Below are positions 54,169 to 64,000 of a stretch of DNA of 64,000 bases, piece by piece; the stretch's first letter is position 1; the number at the start of each line of letters is the position of its first letter. The stretch is from Vulcanimicrobiota bacterium (GTDB lineage: Bacteria > Vulcanimicrobiota > Vulcanimicrobiia > Vulcanimicrobiales > Vulcanimicrobiaceae), in assembly GCA_963714015.1 (NCBI GenBank), contig OY970223.1, forward strand, positions 224,001 to 288,000, in the 5' to 3' direction. A model generated the notes under the pieces. The model saw only the letters and a program-made list of their open reading frames with translations, was not told the DNA's origin and ran no database searches. Both the position numbers and the translations under genes were made by a program.

Positions 54169-55580
54169 CCGCGCTTATCCCCGCAGGCTTTGCGATCGGC
54201 GCGCTGCTATGCCGCGGGCTCCTTACGCATCATCCGCAAAGCATCGATGTCGATTTGGCGCAGCCGATTCCGGTCGTGACGTACTGGAAAATCTTCGGAC
54301 TGCAGATGTTTCTTATACTGCTCTTTGCCGTAGCGGTCGCGTCAGCCGGCTACATCGCAACGCTCCGGCAAATCTCCGCTGCGTTCGCAAGGGCTCCGCG
54401 CCGCGCCCTGACGGCGATCGTCTTCTTCAGCTTGCTCGGCTGCGTCGCGGCGCTCGCATGGCCCGCGATCTTCTCCAGCGACGTCTACGCGTATGCTGCC
54501 TACGGGGACCTAGCGCTGCGCGGATTGAGTCCGTATGCACACGCGCCGCCGCATTTGCACGATTCGCTGATCGACGCAGCGGCATGGCAATGGAGCGGCA
54601 CCTTTCCAATCTGCGTTTACGGCCCGATCTTCGTTTGGATCGCCAAAGGCGCCGTCGCCGCGGCTCTGCCGTTCGGAACCGCTGCACCGCTGTGGCTTCT
54701 GCGTTTGCTGGCGTGCTTAGCGCTGGCTGGGTGTGCGCCGCTTGCATATGCGGCCTTCGGCGGGTATTCGCGAAATTTGCGTTTGGCCGCCGCAGCAGGC
54801 ATCGCGCTCAATCCGATCGCGATCTGGGAGAGTGCCTCCGGTCATAACGACGTAATGGCCGTAGCAGCGGTACTGGCAGGTTTTGCGGCGATTCGCAACG
54901 CCCACCTGCGCACGGGCGCTGCAGTAATCGCTCTGAGTTCTTTGCTCAAAGCGCCCGCGCTCGCCGCGTCTGCCGGGCTCCTTGCCGCCGCATGGCGCGA
55001 TCGCGCGCAGTTTCGCACGCTGCTCGGCGCAACGGCGCCGGCGCTAGCCATAGCGGTCTTCGCCTCATGGCCGCTTGTTTCGGCCGCAGCCGTGCACGCA
55101 ACGAACGGAGCCGGCGGTTACAATCCGCAATTCTCGCTGCAGATGCTATTGAGATCGTTCATGCCGATCTGGGCCGTCATCGCGGTTGCAAGCATCTTTG
55201 CGTGCGCGCTCGGCGGTCTCGGAATCCGCCGTCTGGCGATCGGGCTGCCGGATGGAGGAATCTTTTTGGCTTTTGCTGCGTGGCTTGCCGTGCCGAATCC
55301 CTATCCGTGGTACGCGCTATGGATCTTGCCGTGCGCATTCCTTGCCTGGAACACGCGCGCCGGCTGGTCAGTCATCGCGGCGACGCTGCTCATCGTCTTC
55401 CGCTATTATCCGGATGCGACGTTTCCGGTACTGCCCATTGCGTCCGGCCTCGCCGTGGCGCTTCTCGAATTTGCCGTACCGATTCTGCTTCTCACCGCGT
55501 ACATCCGGGATCGGTCACGTCGGGACCGCCGGGAAATCCGTACGACGGTCCTTGACTCTGCTCCGCACCGTTCTGCGTGA
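54159..55580 (+). CDS. GT-C polyprenyl-phosphomannose-dependent glycosyltransferase (MptA/MptB-like)
   Basis: FSSDVYAYAAYG, G.SPY, YGP, LNP...SGHND and YPWY motifs; GTG start overlapping the ligase gene. Confidence 0.8.
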   Translation: MRLAALIPAGFAIGALLCRGLLTHHPQSIDVDLAQPIPVVTYWKIFGLQMFLILLFAVAVASAGYIATLRQISAAFARAPRRALTAIVFFSLLGCVAALAWPAIFSSDVYAYAAYGDLALRGLSPYAHAPPHLHDSLIDAAAWQWSGTFPICVYGPIFVWIAKGAVAAALPFGTAAPLWLLRLLACLALAGCAPLAYAAFGGYSRNLRLAAAAGIALNPIAIWESASGHNDVMAVAAVLAGFAAIRNAHLRTGAAVIALSSLLKAPALAASAGLLAAAWRDRAQFRTLLGATAPALAIAVFASWPLVSAAAVHATNGAGGYNPQFSLQMLLRSFMPIWAVIAVASIFACALGGLGIRRLAIGLPDGGIFLAFAAWLAVPNPYPWYALWILPCAFLAWNTRAGWSVIAATLLIVFRYYPDATFPVLPIASGLAVALLEFAVPILLLTAYIRDRSRRDRREIRTTVLDSAPHRSA

Positions 55581-55941
55581 CGTTGTCGTAGGCGCGCTCC
55601 TCCCGAGCTAGTTCCGCGTTCTGCTCCGACGTCATTTTACGTACGGTCGAGTTCAGTTGCGCGCGCGCTAGTGCCGCGCTGGATCCCGTTGCGACGACGA
55701 GACCGTTCGACGAGCGCGCCACGCGCTGCGCAATGATCTGATGACCGCGAACGTGCTCCAGCAAGCCCTGTTCGATCGAAACTATCATCGCCGATCGGAC
55801 TTCGCGAAGGGTGAATCCGATCGTCGCGCTCGCGTGAAACTGACGTCCGTTGCGCGCGACCTTCACGCGCGTGACGGTGGCTGCAAGCGCGTAAACCGGA
55901 TGAATGTTACACGGCAGGGGCGGACCCGCGAAAAAAAACAT
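55492..55941 (-). CDS. Hypothetical protein (weak DUF922-like pattern)
   Basis: LEHVRGH and YDNVTQNG..Q motifs. The listed start lies inside a terminator, so the true start is uncertain. Confidence 0.45.
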   Translation of the reverse strand: MFFFAGPPLPCNIHPVYALAATVTRVKVARNGRQFHASATIGFTLREVRSAMIVSIEQGLLEHVRGHQIIAQRVARSSNGLVVATGSSAALARAQLNSTVRKMTSEQNAELAREERAYDNVTQNGAEQSQGPSYGFPGGPDVTDPGCTR

Positions 55942-55969
55942 GAGGGTGCGTTCTTTCGCACCCTCATGT
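55931..55969 (-). terminator. Rho-independent terminator of hsp20
   Basis: Stem ACATGAGGGTGCG / CGCACCCTCATGT followed by a T run on the minus strand. Confidence 0.9.
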
Positions 55970-55988
55970 GGTTATGCTTTGCAGCGAA

Positions 55989-56363
55989 TCAGCCGGCTTT
56001 GATCTGAATCTTCTTGGGTTGCGCCTTCGGCTGAAGCGGCAAGGTCAGCGTCAACATCCCATGCTCGACCTTCGCCTCGATGCGTTCCGCGTCGATTTCT
56101 TCCGGCAGACTGAACGTGCGCGTGAACGAGCGTTTCTCGTTTTTGCCGGTCACCGAAAGCAAGCTGTCCTCGAGGCTGATCTCAACCTCTTCGGACTTGA
56201 AACCGGCGACCGCCAGCTCGATCGTATAGCCCGTATCGGTGCGAACGATCTCGACGCCGGTCGAGAAGTTCCGGAACGGGTCGAATCCCCAGATGTCGGC
56301 GAACGGCCGGGCGAGCATGCTGCCCTGACCATTTCCACGCTCGCGCGTCAGTAAATTACTCAT
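55989..56363 (-). CDS. Hsp20/alpha-crystallin small heat shock protein
   Basis: FTRTFSLPEEIDAERIEAKVEHGMLTLTLP; RBS GGAGG. Confidence 0.93.
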   Translation of the reverse strand: MSNLLTRERGNGQGSMLARPFADIWGFDPFRNFSTGVEIVRTDTGYTIELAVAGFKSEEVEISLEDSLLSVTGKNEKRSFTRTFSLPEEIDAERIEAKVEHGMLTLTLPLQPKAQPKKIQIKAG

Positions 56364-56398
56364 ACGTTAGAAAGACCTCCCATAATTTTTTAGCGCCA

Positions 56399-56425
56399 TT
56401 GGCACTCTATTGTCAAGACTGCTAA
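56399..56425 (-). promoter_or_regulatory. CIRCE element (HrcA operator)
   Basis: Minus strand TTAGCAGTC-N9-GAGTGCCAA versus consensus TTAGCACTC-N9-GAGTGCTAA (one mismatch per arm); the spacer contains TTGACA. Confidence 0.88.
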
Positions 56426-56477
56426 CCCTCAAAACCGCTGGGCCGAAGCCAGGGTTGCGCGCAGGCGGTATCATCTT

Positions 56478-59400
56478 ATGGCTGTGACCTCCACGCTTTC
56501 CGTAAAGGCCCCGGCCGGCGGCCCGCCGCACGGACTGGCCGGCGCCCTTGTGCGCGCTCTGCCCTCGTCGAGCCGGCCTCTGGCCGAAACGATCGAGCGG
56601 CTCCGGCGCGGGATCGGGGCGCACTCCCTTCACGAGACGATCGCGGCCGCGAGGCCGGCCCTTATTGCCTCGCTCTACCGGGCCATCGGCGGTCACCTCT
56701 TCGTCGTAATGCCGACGGCCGATGCAGCGGAGCGGATGTTTGCCGATCTGCTCTACTTCCTCGAGGAGGAAGAGCCGCGATCGATTCGCCTGCTCCGCTC
56801 GCGCGAAGAGACCGTCGGCGCAATCGAAAGTCCGTCCGAACGCAGCGCCCGAATGTCTCTCCTGGCCGATTTGGCGGACGGAAAGGGCGGCATCACCCTT
56901 GCCACCCTCGGCGCCCTGCGTCAGTACGTTGCGCCGAAAGCGCTTTTCAACGCCGAGCGGTTTCTGATCGCAATCAACGACGAGCCCGGCTGGGATGCGA
57001 CGATTCGACGCTTGTATCGAGCGGGCTACCGGCGATGCGACGTGGTGAGCGCGGCGGGCGAATATGCGGTGCGCGGCGGAATCTTGGACGTTTTTCCGGC
57101 ATCGGCCGAGACGCCGATGCGTATCGAGTTTTTCGGCGATACCGTCGAGAGCATCCGTCCGTTCGAACTTGAATCGCAGCGCAGTCAGGGGACCATCGAT
57201 GCAATCGAGATCGTGCCCTGGACCGAAGTTCCGCGCGATGAAGAGCTTCGCGCGGCGTTACTGCAGCGTTACGGCGGTCCGCCGAACGTCGCGGGCGCGC
57301 TTCGCGAGTATTTGGAGAGCGGCGCCGAGATTCCGGAACCGTGGCTGTCGCTCGCATTCGAGCAGCGCGAGACGGTGCTCGACTATCTGAACGATCGCAC
57401 GGTAATCGTCGTAGACGAGCCGGGAATGCTGGCGACGATCGAACGCGCGCTCGACGAAGAACGATCCCGCGAAGAAAGCGTGCTGCTTGCGGCGGTCGAG
57501 TCCGGGGAACTCTCGGTCAGCGACTCCGAAATCGGCGAAGCGCTGCTTGCGGAAGTCTCGGCGCCGTATCCGCATTTGAACGATCTCGGTCCGGCGCTGC
57601 GCCGGCACGCGGTATTGATTTTGCCGGGCGGCATCGAGAGCGCGCAAAGCTCGGAATGGCTGCCGGCCCCGGCCGATACGGCCGTGTTCGAAACGCATCC
57701 GGCCGAACATTTCAACCGCCAAATCGAGCCTCTTCACGCAGTCCTTACGCGAATGGACGTCCTCGGGCGAGACGGTGATTCTCGTAACCTCGGGCGCCGG
57801 GCGAACGAGCGACGTCGTTCGAGCGGCGGGTTTGGAAGCACGTCGCGGTGCGCCGCACATGCTGCATCTTCCACAGCCGTCCGGATCCGTGTTCGTCGAT
57901 CACGGCAACATCGAAACCGGATTCGCAATACCGTCGCTGCGTTTGCGCGTGCTTGGCGATCGCGAAATCTACGGCCAGCCGCCCAAGCGCGTCAAGATTC
58001 GCGCGGTCAAGGAAGGCGTGCCCGTTACGCTGGCGGATCTGAAGGTTGGCGATTACGTCGTGCACGCCGTTCACGGCATCGGTCAATATTTGGGTCTGCG
58101 CACCGAGACGATTCTGGGCGCGACGCAAGATTATCTGGATCTGCATTACGCCGGAACCGATCGCATGCTGGTTCCCGTCACGCAGATGCACCAAGTCACC
58201 AAGTACAGTGCGAGCGAAGGCGGCACGCCGCGGCTCTCGCGCATGGGCGGCGCGGACTGGGCGCGCACCAAGTCGCGGGTTTCGGAATCGCTCGCAAAGA
58301 TTGCGGAAGGCTTGGTGGAGCTGTACGCCGAGCGCGAACTCGCCAAGGGACACGCGTTCGGCGCTGATACCGCTTGGCAGGCCGAGCTCGAAGAAGCGTT
58401 TCCGTACGACGAAACGCCGGATCAGCTCAAAGCCATCGTCGACACGAAAGGCGACATGGAACGGCAGCGCCCGATGGACCGCGTCGTCTGCGGCGACGTG
58501 GGATACGGGAAGACTGAAGTCGCGATCCGCGCCGCTTTCAAAGCGGTCGCCGACAAGAAGCAAGTTGCGGTCCTCGTGCCGACGACGCTGCTGGCCGCCC
58601 AGCACTATCGCAACTTCAGCGCGCGCTTCGCCGGCTTCCCTATGAGCATTGAAGAGCTCTCACGCTTCAAGAGCAAGAAAGAGCAGCGCGAGATCGTCGG
58701 TAATCTGGCCGAAGGCAAAGTCGACATCGTAATCGGCACCCATCGCTTGCTTCAAAAGGACATTGCATTCGCCGACTTGGGCCTCATCATCGTCGACGAG
58801 GAGCAGCGTTTCGGCGTCATGCACAAGGAGCGTCTCAAGCAGCTGCGCGCCAGCGTGGACGTGCTCACGCTTTCCGCCACGCCCATTCCGCGCACGCTGC
58901 ACATGTCGCTGATGGGCGTGCGCGATCTGTCGCTGATTCAGACTGCACCGAAGAACCGTATGTCGATCAAGACGGTCGTCGTGCCGGCTGCGGATGCAGT
59001 GGTTCAGCGCGCCATCACGGCCGAACTCGATCGGGGCGGCCAAGTGTACTACCTGCACAACCGCATCGAGTCGATCTATGCCGTGAAGAACGCGATCGAA
59101 CAGCTGGTGCCGCGCGCCCGCGTGGCGGTCGGGCACGGACAGATGCACGAGCACGAGCTGGAGCCGATCATGGCGGCGTTCATCGAGGGCGAGATCGACG
59201 TGCTGGTAGCGACGACGATCATCGAGAACGGCATCGACATTCCCAACGTCAATACGATCGTCGTCAACGACGCCGACCGCTTTGGGCTCGCCCAGCTCTA
59301 TCAGCTGCGCGGGCGCGTCGGCCGTTCGAACCACCAAGCCTATGCGTACCTGCTTTATCAAGCGCACAAAGCGCTCAGTGAAGATGCTAAGGCAAGGCTG

Positions 59401-60042
59401 GAAGCGATTCGCGAGTTCACGCATTTGGGAAGCGGTCTGCAGATTGCCATGCGCGATTTGGAGATCCGCGGCGCCGGCAATCTGCTCGGTTCCGCTCAAT
59501 CCGGATTCATCGCATCGGTGGGATTCGATACGTACTGTCAACTGCTCGCCGACGCAATCGCGCAGCGCCGCGGCCGTCAGGCTTCGCTCGAGGAACAGCG
59601 CGAAGCCGTCATCGACGTCAAGATCGACGCGTACGTTCCCAACGACTACATTCCACAAGTCTCGCAAAAGATCGCGGTGTATCAGCAGCTGGCGCGCTCG
59701 CGCAGCCAGGAACAAGTCGAGGAGATTGCCGCCGGCGTGCGGGATCGCTTCGGTCCGCTGCCTACACCGCTCGAAAATCTGGTCGAGCTCACCAAACTGC
59801 GCACGATTGCGTTGAGGAAGCACGTCACGCGCGTCGTGGTCGACGAAAAGCGCTTGACGCTCGGCGTAGGAACCGGCTTCGAGCTGCAGGCCAGCGCGAT
59901 TCCCTTGTTCCAATCGTTGACCAAGAACCGTTTCCGCTTCGCCGAGGGGAAGGTGCTGGTCGATCTGCCGCCGTTGCGGCATAGTCAGCGCCCGGAAGAA
60001 GTGTGGATGCCTCTGCTGCGCCGGCTGCTTGACGCTATGTAA
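56478..60042 (+). CDS. mfd: Transcription-repair coupling factor, split by a 1-nt insertion near 57729
   Basis: [71 protein letters not shown]. Confidence 0.96.
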
Positions 60043-60155
60043 AAATATCGCAGGGAATCTCTAAGAGGGCCGCCCTTTTAGGCCATTTCGCGAAGGACCG
60101 CCAGCCCGGGCCGCGAATTCGTGGCGCCGTTATTCCCCTTTAGTTTGGAGTTATA

Positions 60156-61112
60156 ATGTCGACAGGCCAACGGCTTTTAATGGGTATTGCCTCCGCATTT
60201 CTGGCGGTGTCCTTCACCGCGTGCGGCGGGGGTGGAAACAGTTCCCCCGTCGTTACCGTGAAGGGGCAGTCAATCACGCACGCGCAGCTGGATTCGAAGC
60301 TCGAAGACAGCCCGGCGGCGCGCAGCGTGCTGCAGACGCTCGTCACCAACGTCCTCATCGATCAGTACGCCAAGGACCACAACGTACAAGTGAGCCAAGC
60401 GGACATCGACAAGACGGAGAACCAGTACAAGGCTCAATATCCCAACGGCGGGTGGCAAGATTTGCTGAAATCCCGCGATCTCACCGAGCAGGACGTTCAA
60501 GATTTGATCCGCCGCCAGCTCGTGCTCGAGAAGGCCGTGGGCAGCAACGTCCACGTCGCCGACAAACAGATTGCGGATTACTTTGCGAAGAACCACGCGC
60601 AGTACGACACGCCCGCCGAAGCGCATGCGCGCCATATTCTGGTTCCGGATCTGAAGACGGCGCAGAAGGTCGAAGCAGACTTGAAAGCCGGCAAAGATTT
60701 CGCGGCCGAAGCCAAGCAGTATTCGGTCGATCCGGGCAGCAAGGACAAAGGCGGCGACCTCGGTTGGTTCAGAAAAGGCCAGATGGTTCCGGCCTTCGAG
60801 AATTACGCCTTCAACGGTCCGATCGGCAAGATCAGCGCGCCCGTGAAGTCGCCGTTCGGCTACCACATCATCCAAGTGCTGGAACGCAAGCCTGCCGTCA
60901 AAGCGACGCTGGCAAGCGCGCACGATCAAATCAAGACGCAGCTCGAGCAGCAGCAGGAGAATCCGCTCATTCCGAGCTTCCTGCAGACGCTTCAGGGCAA
61001 CGGCAACATCCAAGTCAACGATCCGAAGTTCGCCTCGGTATTCCCGTCCAGCGCCCCGGCGGCCGCACCCGCAGCGGCTTCGAGCGCCCCTTCCGCAGCA
61101 CCCACGAAGTAG
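60156..61112 (+). CDS. prsA: PrsA-like parvulin peptidyl-prolyl isomerase lipoprotein
   Basis: Lipobox FTAC; ARHILV, GGDLGWF, MVPAFE, SPFGYHII. Confidence 0.9.
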   Translation: MSTGQRLLMGIASAFLAVSFTACGGGGNSSPVVTVKGQSITHAQLDSKLEDSPAARSVLQTLVTNVLIDQYAKDHNVQVSQADIDKTENQYKAQYPNGGWQDLLKSRDLTEQDVQDLIRRQLVLEKAVGSNVHVADKQIADYFAKNHAQYDTPAEAHARHILVPDLKTAQKVEADLKAGKDFAAEAKQYSVDPGSKDKGGDLGWFRKGQMVPAFENYAFNGPIGKISAPVKSPFGYHIIQVLERKPAVKATLASAHDQIKTQLEQQQENPLIPSFLQTLQGNGNIQVNDPKFASVFPSSAPAAAPAAASSAPSAAPTK

Positions 61113-61131
61113 CGCACGCAGCGCGAGAGCG

Positions 61132-61168
61132 AAGGCTCCGGCCGTTTGGCCGGGGCCTTTTCCTTTTG
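61132..61168 (+). terminator. Rho-independent terminator after prsA
   Basis: AAGGCTCCGGCC-GTTT-GGCCGGGGCCTT followed by TTCCTTTT. Confidence 0.8.
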
Positions 61169-61189
61169 TAGCGAAGCCTGGGCGCGATC

Positions 61190-62374
61190 ATGAAGGTGCG
61201 CATCGTCGGACTTGGACCGGGCGATCCGGAACTGCTCACGCTTGGCAGCGTGGAGGCTTTGCGCAAGATCGGCCGCGCGGTCGCGCTGCTTGCTCCTCCG
61301 GATTTGACGAAATATTTGACGGAACGCGGCGTGTCGATCGTGCGCGACTTGGTCGACGATCCGCCCCTGTTCGTGCGTGGAAGCATGGACGTCATTCAAC
61401 ATTTCGTCGATCGTTTGGACGGCAGCGATCTCGCTATAGGCGTGCTCGGTAATCCGCTCTCCGATTTTCCGGGTCTTCCGCCCTTACTGCGCGCGCTCGA
61501 GGCGAAAGACGTTCGGACCGAAATCGTACCCGGAATGCCGCGCGCGACGCTTTCGGCGGCAATTACCATGCCGCTCGTTCCGCTGCCGCCCGCGTCGTCG
61601 CACCACAGCTGGGACGACCTGATCGAAATCATGGCACGCCTGCGCCGTTCGTGCCCCTGGGACCGGGAACAGACGCATCGCACCCTCGTGCCGTATTTGA
61701 TCGAAGAGACGTACGAAGTCGTGGAAGCAATCGAAAACGCGGACGAGAGCGCGCTCTGCGAAGAACTGGGAGACTTGCTGCTTCAGATCGTCTTCCACGC
61801 GCAGCTCGGATCGGAAACCGGTAAATTCACCGTTGCGGACGTCGTCGATGCGCTGTCCAACAAAATGATCCGGCGGCATCCGCACGTGTTCGGCGACGCC
61901 GTAATCGAAGACGTCGACTCGCAGTGGAAGAACTGGGAGAAATTAAAAGCGCAAGAGGCGACCGGGCAGAAACGCAAGAGCCGGCTCGACGGAATTCCGC
62001 GGCACCTGGGCGCGCTGCAGCGCGGGCAACGCATGCAGGAGAAAGCGGCGCGCGTCGGTTTCGACTGGCCGGCGCTACGCGGCATCCTGGACAAACTGCA
62101 CGAGGAGATGACGGAACTCTCGGATGCGCAGCGCGAGAAGCAAGACGACGCGCACGTCCGTGAAGAGCTCGGCGACGTCTTCTTCACGCTCGTCAATTTA
62201 GCGCGCGCCATGGGAATCGATGCCGAAGCCGCCATGCGCGAGGCGAACGAGAAGTTTTACCGGCGTTTCGCCTTCATGGAGCAGCGCGCGGCCAAAGACG
62301 GCAAGTCGCTATCCGATATGACCATCGACGAACTCGAGGAACTGTGGCAACTGGCGAAAACGCAAGCAGCCTAA
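61190..62374 (+). CDS. mazG: Nucleoside triphosphate pyrophosphohydrolase MazG with a shortened N-terminal tetrapyrrole-methylase-like domain (YabN-like)
   Basis: [49 protein letters not shown]. Confidence 0.93.
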   Translation: MKVRIVGLGPGDPELLTLGSVEALRKIGRAVALLAPPDLTKYLTERGVSIVRDLVDDPPLFVRGSMDVIQHFVDRLDGSDLAIGVLGNPLSDFPGLPPLLRALEAKDVRTEIVPGMPRATLSAAITMPLVPLPPASSHHSWDDLIEIMARLRRSCPWDREQTHRTLVPYLIEETYEVVEAIENADESALCEELGDLLLQIVFHAQLGSETGKFTVADVVDALSNKMIRRHPHVFGDAVIEDVDSQWKNWEKLKAQEATGQKRKSRLDGIPRHLGALQRGQRMQEKAARVGFDWPALRGILDKLHEEMTELSDAQREKQDDAHVREELGDVFFTLVNLARAMGIDAEAAMREANEKFYRRFAFMEQRAAKDGKSLSDMTIDELEELWQLAKTQAA

Positions 62375-62754
62375 TCCGGCTGCGCATGAGTGCGCACGAC
62401 GCTCACTACGGCGGAAACTTGGTCGACGGAGCGCGCATGCTCGCGCTGTTCGGCGATGTGGCTACGGAGCTGCTCATCCGCATGGACGGCGACGAAGGAC
62501 TCTTCGTCGCTTACGATAGCGTTGAATTCTTGGCGCCGGTTTTCGCCGGAGACTACGTGGAGGCCGAGGGCTGGATCGCGAGCGTCGGCAACACCTCGCG
62601 CAAAATGCGCTTCGAGGCGCGCAAGGTCATCAGCGCCCGTCCTGACGTGAACGACAGCGCCGCGGACGTTTTGGAGACGCCCGTCACAGTTTGCCGGGCG
62701 TCGGGGACCTGCGTGACCCCAAAGGACAAGAAACGCAGAAGCTCAAGAACCTAA
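62344..62754 (+). CDS. kal: 3-aminobutyryl-CoA ammonia-lyase (hotdog fold)
   Basis: [20 protein letters not shown]...GDVATEL...DGDEGLF...[11 protein letters not shown] is the Kal signature. Confidence 0.85.
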   Translation: MATGENASSLIRLRMSAHDAHYGGNLVDGARMLALFGDVATELLIRMDGDEGLFVAYDSVEFLAPVFAGDYVEAEGWIASVGNTSRKMRFEARKVISARPDVNDSAADVLETPVTVCRASGTCVTPKDKKRRSSRT

Positions 62755-64000
62755 GATCAAACGCTGGTGCGTTTTGTTCTTCCAGAAGAATTCGTAGTAG
62801 ATAAACTGCAGGGCCAGGCCGACTGCGAACGCGATGGGATAGCCCATCCATACGCCGTCGATTCCGAAGTGATGCATCAATACGTAAGCGCACGGCACTT
62901 CGACGGCCCAAATACTGAACACGCCGATTAACGTCGGCCACAGGACGGTTCCGCTGCTGCGCATGACGCCGCTGAGCACGGAATTGTTGCCGAAGATGAG
63001 GTAACTCCAAAGCGTGATCATCAGCAGGCCGTGCGCGATATCGAGCGGGTGCTGCTCGGTGATAAACCAGCCCAAGATGTTCCAGGCAAAAAGGTAACAG
63101 ATCAGCACGAGAATGCCGCCGATGGCGTAATTCAACAAGACGCCCGAACGAATCACGCTGTTGAGCTTGTCCTGGCGGTGCGCACCGATGCTCTGTGCGC
63201 CGAAAATTGAAGCCGTGATGCCGATGCTGATCGCCGGAAACTGGACGTACCCGACGATTTGGTTGACGGCGCCGTACGCCGCGGTGGCGTCCGAACCGAA
63301 GCGGTTCACGAACGAAATGACGGCGATCTCGGCGAGCGCGACCATGATCGTTTGAACGCCGGCCGGAACGCCGATGCGCATGATCTTCAGCAGCAAGACC
63401 GGATCCATCCGGAACATGTCCATCGTCAGCCGCAGGGTGTTTTTTCGCCGCTCCAAGTAGAGCAGCAGCGCCACGAAGGCGACGGCGGTGCCGATGTAAT
63501 TGGAGACCGCGGCTCCGGCAATGCCCAAGCGCGGCAAGCCGGCCCAGCCCAAAATAAAGGCGGGCGTAAGGATAGTCGAGATTACCGTGCTGACGATCAG
63601 CGCATAAAACGGTGTCTGAGAATCACCCGTTCCACGCAGAAACGTCGTGTAGGCGATGTAGGGAAAGAAGGCGAGCAGATACGCGAAGATGATCTTCGAG
63701 TAGATCGCAGCATCGTCGATGATGTCCGGCGGCGTTCCGACAAGACGCAGCAACGGATGCGTAAAGGCGAGTCCTAACGCGCCGACGACGACGCCGAGAA
63801 TGAAACTGGCGCAGACCGTCGTTCCGGCGACGCTGCGCATGGCCGTAACGTTCTTTGCGCCGTGCGCCTGACCGATCAGCACCGTACTGCCGCTGGCGAG
63901 CCCGATCAGGAATGAAACGAGTAAAAAGATCAGCGGAAAGATCGCGGAAACGGCGGCAAGCGCGTGCACGCCGATCAAGCGGCCCAAAAATATGCTGGAG
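62743..64000 (-). CDS. MATE-family efflux transporter (5' end outside the window)
   Basis: [33 protein letters not shown]; about 12 TM helices. Confidence 0.92.
   Translation of the reverse strand, partial: SSIFLGRLIGVHALAAVSAIFPLIFLLVSFLIGLASGSTVLIGQAHGAKNVTAMRSVAGTTVCASFILGVVVGALGLAFTHPLLRLVGTPPDIIDDAAIYSKIIFAYLLAFFPYIAYTTFLRGTGDSQTPFYALIVSTVISTILTPAFILGWAGLPRLGIAGAAVSNYIGTAVAFVALLLYLERRKNTLRLTMDMFRMDPVLLLKIMRIGVPAGVQTIMVALAEIAVISFVNRFGSDATAAYGAVNQIVGYVQFPAISIGITASIFGAQSIGAHRQDKLNSVIRSGVLLNYAIGGILVLICYLFAWNILGWFITEQHPLDIAHGLLMITLWSYLIFGNNSVLSGVMRSSGTVLWPTLIGVFSIWAVEVPCAYVLMHHFGIDGVWMGYPIAFAVGLALQFIYYEFFWKNKTHQRLILGS

Overview
A gene-dense, GC-rich bacterial chromosomal segment. Gene content and style suggest Candidatus Eremiobacterota/Vulcanimicrobiota, but this is inference only. 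From left to right it carries: a LuxR regulator; a thl-hbd-bcd-sucC-sucD operon; kamD/kamE (lysine 5,6-aminomutase) running into pilZ-gmd-rmd-methyltransferase-CDF; a BlaI/M56 sensor pair with a clear promoter and two operators; three PQQ-type beta-propeller proteins; an ECF sigma/anti-sigma triad; a large cell-envelope glycosylation locus (GT2, GT4, several GT-C-like membrane proteins, flippase, murJ, phosphoglycosyl transferase); deoB; an LptD-like/CBM20-like/prepilin cluster; pdp; an O-antigen ligase with an MptB-like GT; a CIRCE-controlled hsp20; mfd-prsA-mazG-kal; and a MATE transporter. Many genes, including housekeeping ones, are split by single-base indels. These cluster strongly at AGCT sites, which points to long-read errors at a methylated motif rather than to pseudogenes. 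I found no rRNA, tRNA, CRISPR array or IS element.
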